DNA from: the human T2T-CHM13v2.0 reference genome, Homo sapiens
Assembly (NCBI RefSeq): GCF_009914755.1
Contig: NC_060930.1
Reading direction: 5' to 3' (one strand)
Length of the DNA: 64,000 nt
Shown here piece by piece: positions 30,821 through 48,640 of the stretch (the first letter of the stretch is position 1; each line of letters starts with the position of its first letter). The notes beneath the pieces are model-generated. The model searched no databases. It was given only the letters and a program-made list of their open reading frames with translations, and was not told where the DNA came from. A program made the translations under genes and the position numbers.

Positions 30821-32252
30821 CTTTCATCAAGATACATGTTCCTAACTACAAGGAGCCCCACCTACTTGGTTCTGACATATCACTGGGTTCTATGAAGCAC
30901 AATTTTAAAAACACTATATTAAATGACTTCTCTAGGCCTTTAAACCTAAACAGTCTATGGTTAAAAGATCAGTGAGAGAAATATAAAATTGTACTTGTGC
31001 CAGGTTCACAAGTCTCTCTTTCTTCTCTGTCCCAATCCTCCCCTCATTCACACTCAGATAACTGTGTGCATGGCAAGCCTGAATGTTAGGAATATAAGGC
31101 CATACCAAGGAATCAATGTCACATATTCAGACAAAATACATGGGAAGGAGGAAGTAAATACCCTCTTGAGGGCTGTCATTGAACCATCCAAACTAAAAAG
31201 AAACAATACAAGTCACAGCCTGATTATTCTGCAGTGGCCTCATCCAGGCCCTTTCGCCATCCTCTGTCTACCTGCTCACTGGCTATTAATGATTTCATTG
31301 CCCACTCACCCTCCCTTCATAGGCACACAGGTCCAGAAAAGAAGGAAACCCCCAAAGAAGTTAGCTATGACAACAAAGGAGAAGAAAATTAGCTAATGGC
31401 TGAAATAGAGTTTAACATTATCTGTTTATTTCAACTTTACTTCATCAAAGCACTTACCATTTTTTCCTAATTTATTCTTATACCCATTTAAACATATAAT
31501 TATTTAATTTAATTTAATTTGTGGCCAGAAGAAGTGACTTGTGGAGATATACACTCCCTGCCCTCAGTTCAGAGCCTTTTGCCATCACACTACTTTCATT
31601 CCATCATGGGTTTTCTAAGATGAAATGTTTCATAACACTAAGAGAGAGAAACATTTGTTTTTAGTAGGAAAAGGTTTGTTTTTAAAATAAATGGTGTTCA
31701 GGAATAGCTTTCACCAGTGTTCACAGTCCTTATGATATAATAGCAGGTCCTATGGTGAGAAAAATTTGCAAACACTTTGTAAAAACACTGAGAAATGACT
31801 GTGTCTCAACAGCCAAATGGGTTTCTGAACAAAAACTAAATTAAATCCATTATAAAAAGCTTTTCAATGGACTACATCTAAATCCCACTGATTTCTTAAT
31901 CTTTCTAGACTTTAATATAATGCACCCAATACTACCTAGATTTAGAATATTTAGGATATCTGGAAGTAAATCTCTAAATCTTAAAATTGTCTACTAGATT
32001 AACTACAAATACTACACACATATAATCACATGAAAGGCAACAGTGCAAGTGAAAGAACGCTGGACTTGGGAGCATAAAGACTTGTTTCTGCTATGTTTTC
32101 TACTCATTGTATGAATTGCAGAAGCTTACTTAAACTTTGTGTCAATAAAATGAGTCAATAAAATGTCATTAAAATGAGGTTACCAGTAACTAATAAATAA
32201 TTTAAATTCCCTATATAGGTTCACCAACCACCCCAGATGCGTTTGGTAATCT

Positions 32253-32416
32253 ATGGCAGAGACTGTGAGTTGCCTATCCAAGAATCCATCTATTCTCTTT
32301 TTCCTAAGTAAAACAACCTAGATTTTTTTTTAAGCTGAACCCATAGCTGCCTAGAATAAAGGCTGTATTTCCCAAAGTCCTTTGCAGCTAGGAGTAGCCA
32401 TCTGACTATGTTCTGA
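32253..32416 (+). mobile_element. MLT1I/J-like LTR fragment
   Basis: tggcagagact…tatttcccaaagtcctttgcagctaggagtagcca. Confidence 0.65.
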
Positions 32417-32419
32417 TCT

Positions 32420-32747
<328 letters not shown>

Positions 32748-32859
32748 TTGTTCTGATCTTTTCACTATTTTTGGCTTTCCTGTCACTCTTCCTTTCCAAG
32801 GCATACCTCTGTACCTGTGTTCCTGACCCCATCGGGTCCTGTTTCCTTCACCAGTTCCT

Positions 32860-33420
32860 TCTTCTACCTGTCCCATCAGCTATTTCTTCTCTGTAGTATC
32901 TTTAATTGCTCTCTCGCTGCTAGCCACTTCCTCTCAGCCCAGATCCTTAAGCAACACACCTGTTTTAAGTAATCAGCCCCTCTTATCTCCCCTTTCTTAT
33001 CAAACTTCTAGAGCCCATAGTTTATATACCCACGTTCCACTTTCTCATAGGCTTAGTGTCTCAATCTATTCCTTTCTCCTTTGCTCTACTGAAACTAATC
33101 TGAAAAATCACTCAATGTCCTCTAAGGGCCAAACCCCATGGCCTCTTTTCAGTCTTTACCCCATTTGACAGCCTTACAGGTATCTAGCATGATTAACCAC
33201 CCTTTCTCCCCAAAAGCCTTCTTTCCTCCGCCTTTTGTAACATCTTCCCTAGGTTCTTCTAATGCCTCTCTGACCAATCCTTCTCAGGTTCTTTTGCACC
33301 CTTATCCTTTTTCATTCACTCCAATCATCACTCCCTAGGATACCAGCCCAGATTCCCTCTTGTCTCAGCAAATACACAATCCAAGGTAGTTTAGTCTCTC
33401 TCAGAGCATCAACTACTTTT
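32860..33420 (+). mobile_element. L2 fragment
   Basis: Pyrimidine-rich L2 ORF2 3' motifs (ctactgaaact…ccaaa…cttttcagtc). Confidence 0.55.
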
Positions 33421-33759
33421 AAACGTTTATTTGGCTTTCTGATTACAAAAGTATTCATGCTCACTGTAACAACTTTAAAATAATTTTTTAAAAGAATTTA
33501 TTTTGTGCCTGGTCTAGGTTAGGAATTCTCATGTGTACTATTTATTTAAGTTTCATCATAATCCTATGAGATAAACATCTCCTATTCCTTCTGCTACAGT
33601 GCTCCTTCCCCCACTTTAAACCAGGCTAATTACTTCAGGCCAGGTCATGGCTCAAGAGTCTTTTCCTTCCCTGACCTTCTTTCCAGATTAGGACATCATA
33701 TTACTCTCTGTCATAGCACCCTGTTCTTTCCTTCCATAATATGTATCACAATTGGTATT

Positions 33760-34129
33760 TGATATGGTCTGGCTCTGTGTCCTCACCCAAATCTCATCTC
33801 GAATTGTAATCCCCACATGTCAAGGGAGGGACCTGGTGGGAGGTGACTGGGTCATGGGGACTGTTTCCCCATGCTGTTCTCATGATAGTGAGGGAGTTCT
33901 CACGAGAGATGATGGTTTAAGTGTGGCACTTCCTTGCTCTTCCTCTTCTTCTCTCTCCTGCCACCATGTAAAATGTGCCTTGCTTCCTCTTTGCCTTCTG
34001 CCATAATTGTAAGTTTCCTGAGGCCTCCCCAGCCATGCAGAACTGTGAGTCAATGTTAAACCTCTTTCCTTTATAAATTATCCAGTCTCAGGTAGTATCT
34101 TTATATCAGTGTGAAAATGGACTAATACA
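33760..34129 (+). mobile_element. THE1 (THE1D/C-like) MaLR solo LTR
   Basis: TG…CA ends tgatatggtctggctctgtgtc…ggactaataca, 370 bp; 5-bp TSD gtatt/gtatg. Confidence 0.9.
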
Positions 34130-34369
34130 GTATGTATACACCTTTTGTTTACTATGTTTGCCTCCAGGCTCTATAATGGCTCAAACAGTCTTGCTGAAGG
34201 ATCCTTTGAAATTAAAATTTCCCAAAGGAGGAACAGAATCATTGTTGTATAAAAGTGAAATGATCAACCCTGGTAAAGAGACAAGAAGTAGAGACCTGGA
34301 GAATATTTCCATGTTGCTTAATCTATTGTCTAGGTTCCAGGATAGAGCTATTATGAATTATTCACAAAA

Positions 34370-34590
34370 AGGCAGTATGTATAGTCAAATGGTTAAGAAA
34401 ACAGGCTTTGGAGTGAGTGACCTGGGTTCAAGTTCCAGCTCTGCCACTGATTTATCGTAGGACTATGGACAAGGATTCTTCATTGTAAAATGAAGACAAA
34501 AGTTAGCATTAAATGAGAATAATTCATTGTAACATACATAGCAGCTTAATGCCTGACACCTAGTAAGTGTTCAACAAATGTTAACTATAC
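34370..34590 (+). mobile_element. MIR
   Basis: ggttaagaaaacaggctttggag…cctgggttcaagttccagctctgccact…tagtaagtgttcaacaaatgttaactat. Confidence 0.85.
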
Positions 34591-34694
34591 ATACTCTACT
34601 CTTTAAAAGAATCCTAAGGAAGACTACAAGTGGCTTTCTATATTGGTTCCAATATATTTGAAATTATAACCAGAAGATGTTCTTTAAAATTGCT

Positions 34695-36935
<2,241 letters not shown>

Positions 36936-38696
36936 CAAAATAAGCCGCTAATATAAATCCATTCCTTTAGCACACTAGCCCATTTTCTTTCCTCAGCAGA
37001 CTTAGAGAACAAGTACTCTTCATTTACCATAGCATGATTTTGTGAGTCTTTAATATCTTCAAACAGTAGTAGACCCAGTTAGGTAACCTTACTTGATACA
37101 GAAGTAGAATAGACAAATTTGCATCTTATCTGGCACAGTTCCAAAACAGAGGATGCATTCATTACCGACAGCACAGCTAGGACAATAGAAGAATCACACA
37201 TTTGAAAAGTGAAAGCTTCCGCCCAGAGCAAGTCAATAAAAAAAAACAAAACCCCAAACTACTAACTCTTCATCCCTGAGCCTGCCTGGCATGCATGGGA
37301 TCTCATTCTGCCAAAAACCAAATTCAAAACAAATATCAAGATTCTAGGGAGGGCAAAGTTCAAACAAGCAAAAGCATTTCTAGTTGTTACTGCAGATAAG
37401 GGATAAACTGATGTGTTTCATTCTGGGCTTGTTATTATCAAATTGACCCTGGCCAGCAGAGGATAAAATTAGGATGGTTTCACTCCAGGTAAAAAGGTAG
37501 AGCTCAGTTCCAGAGTGGCCCGCACTTGAAATACTTTCTACTTCAATTAATTCTGTCAGAAAAGAGACAAATTCAGAAATCTCTTCAGGTTAGAGCCCTA
37601 GCCCTTTTCAGTGTTGTAAAATTCATACTGGGAAGAGGCTGAGGTAGGAAATATTACTGTCATCACTGAGGCTTTCAGTGCTTATTGTCAATCGTTATGA
37701 AACGATCTTGTCTGATTCATACCTCTAAACAATCAGAAGAAATCAAAGTAACAATGTAAGAGTTTCAGGAACAAATACAAAACTTGCCTGATGGTTGTAG
37801 CTTTGAGTTGTGCAATTCTAGGAATGTACCATGATCTCTGGCTTCTATCCAGAATGCTAAATAGACAATCTATCTGAGGAAGGGCCTGATCCCTCATACC
37901 TGGCCTGGGCAGGTCTGTGACTACATGTGTATCACTCGCTTTGAACCTGATACCCTATAAGACAAGGGAAGAAAATCTGGAAACTGGCAAAACAGTTAAA
38001 AAAAAAATTGGACAGTCATTGTAGGGCTCCTGCCAACTTCTGGTTTCTTGCCATAGAGAGTAATGATTCCTGCCAGTCACTTAGAAAAAGAATAGCTTCT
38101 AGAAAAGCTAAATTGCTATGACCTGAAAGCAGCAACTCTGCATCAGCACATAAAAACTTATAGGAAGTTGGAAGTCTGAAAAATCAGATTCATATTCAGA
38201 AATTTAATCTCTCCTCCAATACTGAAGCTATAATGAGAAATAAGCTCCTGCAAAAACACATATTAATCATTTTATTGGTTCTGTTGTTAAAAAAAAAAAC
38301 AAACAATAACACCCAGCTAGTGTTACATTCTCAGTGCAAATGATATAAGGTTTTGTGATGGCAAAACCTTCAAATTATTTTATCCATATTTGTTCTATAA
38401 CTTTTTAATACTAAATATTCCCAAATAAATAGAAGTCAATGGACTCAGGAAAGCAGCCATAAAGCCTATTTGAGTTTCCATACTGATCGCAGATCTTCTA
38501 GTGTTGGTCTAAATATTCTAGTGATAAACAATTCAGCACCTAGAATAATTCTCCATGTCAGCTGTGCACAACAGTTACAAATGAAATTTTGAAAATGTCT
38601 TTGGGGGAATAAAAGCTTTGTGAAGATGCTGGGGGAGGGGCAGTGAAATGTGGGTGCTTCAGAAATCAACAACAGTGGACAGGATGTTAATGAGCT

Positions 38697-38708
38697 ATGA
38701 CGTCAGCA
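38697..38708. promoter_or_regulatory. full CRE palindrome TGACGTCA with Maf-type GCA flank
   Basis: ATGACGTCAGCA in unique sequence; motif only, no functional evidence. Confidence 0.4.
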
Positions 38709-39432
38709 GAGACATGTATTGGTAAGCTACTATTCAAGTGGGCTCAACTTTAGGCCTCTCAACCCAAAACCTGAGCTTAGATCCAACACACATTCATAGG
38801 TCTTTAGGTAAAAGGCAAGGGAAGATAAGGAAAGAAATTCTTCACAACTCTGTAGGACAGGGACCTAGCACCTTCTTATAAATCTTTGGCTCCTACACAA
38901 ATCTAACATTTTAGAGTCCCAGAAAAGAGTAACCATAAGGAGCATCAGCATAGGCCAAAGGCAAAATTCTTTGCCAAGCTCTAAGTGCTGTTGAGATTTT
39001 GATCTAAAGCCCGAGAATTGATTGTGTGTGTGTTTTTTTAATCTCCAAATTCTACTGACTATCAGCAAGTTGAAGCAAGCCCCACATCACACTGTAGAGG
39101 AATATACATACATTACCATTCCATTAAATTTCTTGTCAGAATTGGTACTTGGAAAAGACCTCTTAGATTAGGGAATACATTTTCATTTACAGTAAGGAGT
39201 TGGCATTCCCAATTCCCAGTGGTAGTACTAGAAGAATTGGAAAAATAATTTTCTGATACTCTTACTCTCAAAAACAATGTTAGAAGATTAAAAGACTAGT
39301 CCTGGATATGCAATCTTAATAAGAAGAATCACATTGGGGAAACTAAATTTCTACAGGTATCGTGTCATCTGAAATCAATAATCACCTTGGTGAGGAAGGT
39401 AGGACAAAGTACTTTCTTATTATGATATTTTA

Positions 39433-39587
39433 ATGGGGATCACACTTTGCTGCCCAGGCTGGAGTGCAGTGCCTATTCACAGACACGACCACAGTGCACT
39501 GCCGCCTCAAACTCCTGGGCTCTAGCAATCCTCCTGCCTCAGCCTCCTGAGTAGCTGGGACTATAAGCGAGTGCCACTATGCCTGGC
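39433..39587 (-). mobile_element. FAM (fossil Alu monomer), within a MIR remnant
   Basis: 7SL-like cctattcacagacacgaccacagtgcactgc segment characteristic of FAM. Confidence 0.8.
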
Positions 39588-40753
39588 TATGATTATCACC
39601 ATGCTCAAGGAAGCTCAATGACCAGTCTGAGCAGGATTCACATGGTAAGTAGCAGAACCAGGTCTGGAAGTGAAGTCAGAGTTCAAATTCCTTGTTCTGT
39701 TTCCACTACCTGGCTGTCTTTTGTAAGGAGAATGGGAGGCAGAAATGGGAGTGAACAAGAAGAAAGCAGAATAAAAATGTATGTTGCACCTGAGTATTTC
39801 TCAAATAGATTTTAATTTTATTTTCCTACAGGTTTGGAAAAGTATTTGATGACATCTTAACTGTTTAAACTTTTATTTTCCTTTTGAATCCGACTTGCAA
39901 CACATCTGTTGATCACATATAAAATAAAATTGCCAGAGATTAAGCAATGAGTTGTTTTCAATAAATTCTAACTTTTGTTCCCAGTCCAATTCAAATGGCA
40001 ACTTTCAGAATGAGGCCAAATTGAAAGATCATTTCAGAGCAATAAAAGAGGAAGTTCTTTCAGTAGGGAATCACTTTTGAGTTCTAGTTCTTTGCAATGT
40101 TATATTTAAGACCAATTACTTATCCAGTATGCCTGTGTACCAGCCTGGCTATGCCCGGATCAGGACGAGAAGCAGACCAGCCACAGTTCTTCCTGTGTGC
40201 AACCTGCAGCAGCCCCTTGCAGAGTCTAGCTGGGGTTTTGAAGAATTCTAGTCATGCATTTAATAAAAGTCATTTTCCCAATGTGCTAGACTTCAGTTCT
40301 AACTTGGAAAAAGGGAGCTAAGTTGGGTAAAGTTAAATGTGGGGAAATATGCAGGACAAAATCAGCTAAGTGACTGCTTTCAACAAAAACCAAAAACTAT
40401 TTCATTTTCCATGGGTATTTTCACAATGTTTTCCTATGTTCATGACTATAAAGATGATCAATTGTAAATCCTGAAGTAGCAATGGAAATAATTATCAAAA
40501 CTGGATTCAATTAGAAGACTAACAAAATCCATCATGCTTGCCTTTCCATCCAGATAAATTCAAGAATCCCTGCATTCAAGGTCCTCAATGGAACAACTCT
40601 GATGTATAATCAGATCAAAGGAAAGCTGTTTTTGCTTTCTTTTTGGAGATAATTTATTTTTCCTAAAAAAGGAATCCCAATGAAACAGCTGATACATAAC
40701 CTAAAATTAGGCCACTTTACTTACTAACACTTGAAGGACACGATTTAAAATCA

Positions 40754-41065
<312 letters not shown>

Positions 41066-41592
41066 CAGTTCTCATATTCTCTTACTTCCTTTGCCTACTA
41101 TTCTAATGCTTAAAGGTTAAATACATTGAAGAGAATCCAAAAAGAATCCAAAGCTTTGTGATCTGGATAGGGGATGAACCCACCAATGTTTGTTTTTCCT
41201 TTGCTCGGGTTGAAATAATTCCAAGACTGCCACATTGACACCTTAGCCTTACATCATGAGATATAGTTGTTAAGGTCACTATATTTGCATGTTGGCTTAA
41301 CAAGAAAAATCCCTGAAAAACCACTGAACATACAAACTATAAATACTCCAAAGTAAACAGTTGCTGTGTAGAATCAACAAAAAAAGAATATATGCAAAGA
41401 GGGAACATCTTTTATTATTTCCTAAGTCTTACCAACAACAGGCTTCCAAATTAATTTTGTCTTTACCCCTCTTTGTCCGAAAAACTAAGGCTAAAAGCAG
41501 TAGCATTTCTACCATCCCTCCCTCACTCAGTCCATTCTCAGGAAACACAGAGCCCAAAGGAAGTATCCAAAGGAAAATGATACGAAATTCTA

Positions 41593-41988
<396 letters not shown>

Positions 41989-42228
41989 TTAACTTAATTC
42001 CTTAAGCAAGCTTAATCAGCATACTTTTCTGAGATATTCTATAAGGGCTTAATAAGTGTTCATTAGTTTTGAAATGGGAGAAAAGATGTAAGATAGAGTA
42101 CCCTGTAGTTGTTTTTTAAATACTTATTTTTAATCTATATTTCTAAAATTCAGGAAAACAGATGTTCATAAACTCCTGTTTACTGATTAAGAATTTCTTG
42201 AAAAGGCTATCTCTAAAATATGTGATCT

Positions 42229-42626
<398 letters not shown>

Positions 42627-42875
42627 TTATCCAGTCAGTTATCTCCCTAGCATGAACCCAATTCTGTAATCATTTTCTAGAGCTAAACCGTTATATTTTC
42701 TGGGCTCTAACACATCAATGAGTTTTTATTTTAAAAAAAGAAATCATTCCACTTGCTCAAAGAAATTAATGACTTAAAGAATATCAAGAGTTTTTATTTG
42801 AATATGTTTACATAGTTGATAAAATCCAAAACATCTATCTCTTATATCTTAGAATTAGAAACAAAAATCTAGTTG

Positions 42876-43180
42876 TCCAGGCATGGTGGCTCACACCTAT
42901 AATCCCAGCACTTTGGGAGGCTGAGGCGGGAGGATCACTTGAGTCTAGTAATCACTTGAGACCACCCTGGGCAACTGTGTGAGACCCCCACATCTACAAA
43001 AAGTTTAAAAATTAGCCAGGCATGGTAGCATGCACCTGTAGTCTCAGCTACCTGGGAGGCTGAGGGGAGGATCACTTGAGCCCAGGAGGCTGGGGCTGCA
43101 GTGAGCCGTGACCACACTACTGCACTCAAGCTTGGGTAACCAAGTGAGACCTTATCTCAAAACAAACAAACAAAAAAAAG
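42876..43180 (+). mobile_element. AluJ
   Basis: Dimer with a short atcacttgag duplication. Confidence 0.9.
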
Positions 43181-43321
43181 AATAAAAAATAATGTTAATG
43201 GAATAATCTCAAAAACTTAGCATTTTTTATTCCATGAAACTGAAGAACTGTGCTATGGAAGATTTTTTAAATGAACAGCTCTAAAATAACTTTCATTGAT
43301 AAGAAAACATGAAAATATTAC

Positions 43322-43368
43322 CTGGTCATGTAACACCTATGAATTAAACATCTTCAGTGAGGAAGTTC
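43322..43368 (-). other. weak candidate micro-exon (47 nt)
   Basis: tcattctctaag|GAAC … CAG|GTAATA. Confidence 0.25.
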
Positions 43369-43427
43369 CTTAGAGAATGATACTGAATGACTAACTTAAC
43401 AATGCAACAGTGTGCAATGTCATGTCA

Positions 43428-43592
<165 letters not shown>

Positions 43593-43899
43593 TCACATAT
43601 TATTCATGCAAGTGGTTCCCTGCATGTATCTCCAGTCCAACCTCTCTCTCTTGTGACCTCCTGTCCCACATTCTGATTGCTGACCAGGTAGTTCTACTTG
43701 AATATCCTTACCAACTCTCCATACTCAACCTGGCCCAAACTGAGGGGCAACATGCATAAAAAAGAACATGGCATGAAAGTAGACTTGCACGCCGTGTTCT
43801 TGGAGAGGAAGACAAGATCAGAGGATGCCACTACTCTCTAATTCTAATTAATAACATCTCAGTAAGAATACCATAACCCATTCCCCATCAAAATTAGAT

Positions 43900-45150
43900 A
43901 AGTTGATTATAAGGCTAATTTAGAAGAGCAATCATGCAAGAATAGCCAAGAAAACCCTGAAAAAGAAGAGCAGATATTAAAACATGTTATAAAGCCTCTA
44001 TAAATAAAATAATGTAGTATTGGCACATGAATCGACTGCTCAGTGGTGTGGAGTAGAAAACCCAAGATATAGAGCCAAACTACATTTAAAATTGTATGTT
44101 TATTATTTAACAGAGGCAACAACGCAAATCAGGGATGGGCTTTTTAATAAGTATTGTTGGGTTAACCAGATGGCCATACGGAAAAAGATAAAATCGGATA
44201 CATTCTTTCTCAATGTGCTTTAGTTCCAAAGCAAACAAACAAAAAATCAGATCCATCTTCATACTGTACATGAGGATAAATTCCAAATGAATCAAAGACT
44301 TAAATATAAAAAATGAAAAAATATTAAGCATAAAAAAAATGCCAGGTGTAGTGACTCACACCAGTAATCCCAGCACTTTCGGAGGCCAAGGCGGGCAGAT
44401 TACTTGAGCTGAGGAGTTTGAGACCAGCCTGGGCAACATGGCAATACCCCGTCTCTATAAAAAACATTAAAAGTCAGCCAGACACGGTGGCGTGCACCTG
44501 TAATCCAAGCCACTCAGGAGGCTGAAGTGGGAAGATCGATAGAACCCAGGAGGCAGAGGTTACAATGAGCCAAGATTGTGTCATTTGGGCAACAGGGCAA
44601 GACTCTGCCTCTGCCTATATATATATATGTGTACACACATACACACACATATACACACACACATACATATATATGTACACACACATATATATAAAATAAA
44701 ATAATTTTAAAATGGGTCAATTCCTCTATATTCTGAAAGTAGAGAAACATTTCCTATGTGACTCATCATCCAGATGCAAAAAGGAAAAAGACTGATCAAT
44801 CTGACTACATAAAAAACAAAATTCTACATACTAAAAACAAAAAAAAGCAACACAAAAGTACAAACAAAAAACTGAGAAAAAATATCTGCGACTTCTATCA
44901 CAGAGAGATTAATATTCCTAATATATAAAGAATTCCTAAAATAAAGAACTGAAGCCTGTGTTGAAAACTGGAAGACAGAACCAAGCGGAGTTCACAGAAA
45001 AGATCGGCAAGCATCCCCAAAACACACGAACATATGCTCAACTTCCTTCTCGATAACAGAAATGAAAAGCTCTCACCAACTAGATCTCTCAAAGTTTGAA
45101 AAACATACTCTGTTGTTAAGAGTGTAGGGAAACAGGCCCTCTCATACACT
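43900..45150 (+). mobile_element. old L1M (L1ME-like) ORF2 3' fragment
   Basis: caagaatagccaagaaaaccctgaaaaaga…, ataaattccaaatgaatcaaagacttaaat. Confidence 0.75.
44341..44692 (+). mobile_element. AluJb with (TA)/(CA) microsatellite tail
   Basis: Dimer to ~44612, then tatatata…cacacaca. Confidence 0.9.
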
Positions 45151-45262
45151 GTGGGTAGGAACTGGGGACATTTGAGGGAGCAGCTGAAGTCTTACGACTA
45201 TGTAACAGTGTACAAAGGAGCCAGCAGCCATTTGGACTACATTAAAAAAAAAAAAAAAGTCT

Positions 45263-45657
<395 letters not shown>

Positions 45658-46487
45658 CTATATAAAGTGGTACTTAACGGAACTGTTCAATGTGTGGCCC
45701 TGCTACCAACCACCTAACCCTTAGGAAATCATTTCTTCCTACCAAACTCTTCTTTTGATTCAAATTAAGCTTAGTCCTTCCATCTCCATCCTTTCCTTCT
45801 TTCCTTCCTTCCTTCTTTTTTCTTAACTATGCCCTTAGGGAGGACAATAACATCCCTCTTTTAAAAAGTATTCTTTCCCAAACTTAGACTCCTCTTCAGT
45901 AACGTGGCTTAAACTAGGAAAGACAAACTGAAATGTCCACGTGGGTGGCATGCGAGCTGGATGAGGACAGACTGGAGAACATATGCTTATACTCACTGCA
46001 GTGAGGCAGCGGGGGTTGTGGATCTGATGTTGAAAAAGTTTCCTATTTTTCAAGAGCAGCTGGTGATTTGGATATTTTTAAGAGAAATTTCCCAATTTTT
46101 AAGAGCTGGCATCCAATTTTTATTTCCTTACACTGTATAGGCCAAACAAAAATGCCACTGTTTAGACCTCTAGTTTGTAAGGCCTGTTTTACATCTTTTC
46201 TCAGCAGGCTTATTTTTTAACCAATTAATCATCTAGATTGTTCTTCTCTAGACCAGCCAGTTACTCATCACTTTCAAAATACAGAGATCAAAAAGGGACA
46301 TCATTTTCTAAGAATGTGATGTGACTGGTACATCTCTGTTTTACATGTCATTTTCCTGTACAAACATTCTAGGACTTCATGCTTTTTTTAAAGAGTAGTG
46401 TATCCCATCCTATGCTGGAACTTGCTCATGGTCACACAACTACTATTTTTTTTAAACAATATTCTAATTAGAAACCAATTACTTTGA

Positions 46488-46712
46488 TGCCTGGTTCAGC
46501 CCTTCTGTCTCACTGACCTACTGTGTAACCTTCAAGTTTCCCAACCATAAAATGAGAATAATAATAATAATCCATAAAATGGTTGTAATAAGGTGTCTAT
46601 TGATGGGGTTTTCGTGAAGACTGAATGATTTGTTATGTGTAAAGTGTTCTGCACAATGCCTGGCACCTAGATACACTTTCCAGACAAAGTGACAAGTGCT
46701 GTTATTGTAGCT
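46488..46712 (+). mobile_element. MIR
   Basis: ataaaatgagaataata…gtgaagactgaatga…gtaaagtgttctgcacaatgcctggcac. Confidence 0.8.
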
Positions 46713-46882
46713 ATTATGCAGCTATATGCTCATTTAACATAGTCCAGAGTACCCCCAAAAGTTTCACAGAAGTTTAGGTGTTACATTTATTACCTTATCT
46801 TTATGTTTGTGGACTATCACTAAAAGAGACTGAACTGACAAAATTCGCCATTTACAAAAACAAAATCATTGCTATTCAGTAC

Positions 46883-46951
46883 CTTGTGCTTGTGAAGGTG
46901 CTTATTTTAAGTGGATTGCTTGATAATATGTTGTAATATTCTCCCTGCTAT
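46883..46951 (-). other. weak candidate exon (69 nt, stops in all frames)
   Basis: gtcttcctattccag|ATAG … AAG|GTACTG. Confidence 0.3.
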
Positions 46952-47189
46952 CTGGAATAGGAAGACATCCATAACTACTGGGGTCATCCAGAAGGTATTC
47001 TCTCATTCTTATAGCTGTCTTTTGTGTTCCATGGCATCTCATACATAATAGCTAATAGTGGCTCTCCCAATAAATTTTACTCATTCTCTGAATAATGAAG
47101 GATGTAAGTCACAAGGCCCTGATGATTTGAATTCATCATTTTTCCCCCAACCATATATTATTTTTTAAAAACAACCAACAGAAAGACCC

Positions 47190-48640
47190 TTTTCTCCCTC
47201 TGGCTACTGCCCTTTCTCCTTTTTTCTTTTTCCTTCACATCAATCTCCACTTTCTTTCTTCCCACTTATTCCTCAGCATGCTGCCTGCCATTGGTCTTCC
47301 ACCCCCACTACTCCATGGGATCTGTTCAGATATTTTTCAGCCCTGCTGACTGCTATGCACTCTTAATGTAACTGACTACCCCATTCTTCTGTGATATCAC
47401 TCTTCCTTTTTTTCTTCCTGCCTCTCCTATGCTGTTCATCAGTATCCTTCTCCTTTATGCATGGCCCTCTCCCTTTATGCTGTCCCATAAACAAGGGTGC
47501 TATTTAAGAGTTGTGCCCGGCTTTCTCCTTTTACTTTATATACCTGTCCTAGGCAACTCATGTATATCATGATTTTAGCTACTCTCCTAAAACTACTGAC
47601 ACCCAAATTAAGAATTACTAAGCTCCAGACCCATACTTTCAATTGCCTACTAGACACTTCCCCTAAAAGGTTCTACAGGTACTTTAAACCCTAAACATCT
47701 AAAATAAAAGTTATCATCTCAATGTTCCCACTCTAAGTTGCTTTTTTCCCCTTTCTAACGTAGCAAATGGCATCATTATCAATATAGACCTAGCTACCTA
47801 CAAAGGCATACCTTTCGTAGGTAGCATAATGACCCTCCCCAAATATGTCCATATCCTACTCCCCAAAATCTGTGAGTATATTAGACTATATGGCAAAGAG
47901 AATTAAAGTTGCAGATGGAATTAAAGTTGCTAATCAGCTGACTTTAAAATGGGGAGATTATTTACCCTGGATTATCTGGGTGGGAACAATGTAATCACAA
48001 AGGCCTTTAAAAGTGGAAGAGGAAGGCAGAGATTGCTAGCTTTGAAGAGGGAAGGGAGCCATGAGTCAAGGAACATGGGTAGCCTCTAGAGTCTGGAAAA
48101 GCAAAGAAAATGCTTTCTCCCTTAGAGCCTCTAGAAAGGAATGCAGCCCTGATAACATCTTGATTTTAGCCCAGTGAGACCCATTTTGGAATTCTGACTT
48201 CCAGAACTCCAGGATAATTATTTCGTGTTGTTTTAAGCCACGAAGTCTGTGGTAATTTGTTACAACAGCAATAGGAAACTAATACAGCACCCAAGGTAGA
48301 AGGTGGAGAGTTATCCTCTACTTCTATTCAATTACTCTCTAAGCATTGCAGCAGTTATTACCTAAATAACTTTCAAATCCAATTCCTCTTCTTCTTCATC
48401 CCCGTTATTGCAACGTGATAATATTTCATCTAGACTATCACAGCCTCCTAACTGGTTTCTGTCTTGAGTTTGGCACTCTCATCTATCTCCATTCCTATCC
48501 ACTGATCCTCCATTCTTGCTAGGCTGCCCAGGCTGCAGTCCTTAAAAAAAAAAAAAATTCTGCCTCACTCATATTTCTTCAAATGGCTCCTCACTGACTT
48601 CGGGATCAAGTTCAAACACCCTAACAGAGTCTATGAAGTC
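47190..48640 (+). mobile_element. L2 fragment split by MLT1D
   Basis: aagctccagacccatactttcaattgcctactagacac…; resumes after the LTR (tagactatcacagcctcctaactgg). Confidence 0.75.
47814..48286 (+). mobile_element. MLT1D LTR
   Basis: ttgcagatggaattaaagttgctaatcagctgac…gtggtaatttgttacaacagcaataggaaactaataca. Confidence 0.88.

Noticed and set aside
30989-31396. 135-aa and similar long non-Alu ORFs (10124-10534, 21864-22211, 34158-34460)
   Set aside because: No recognisable domain, several start at non-ATG codons, and no supporting splice structure; consistent with chance.
37451-37470. CTCF-like words (tggccagcagaggata; also cctccaggtggaga at ~58749)
   Set aside because: They lack the GGC(G/A) 3' core; too weak to call without a PWM score or ChIP data.
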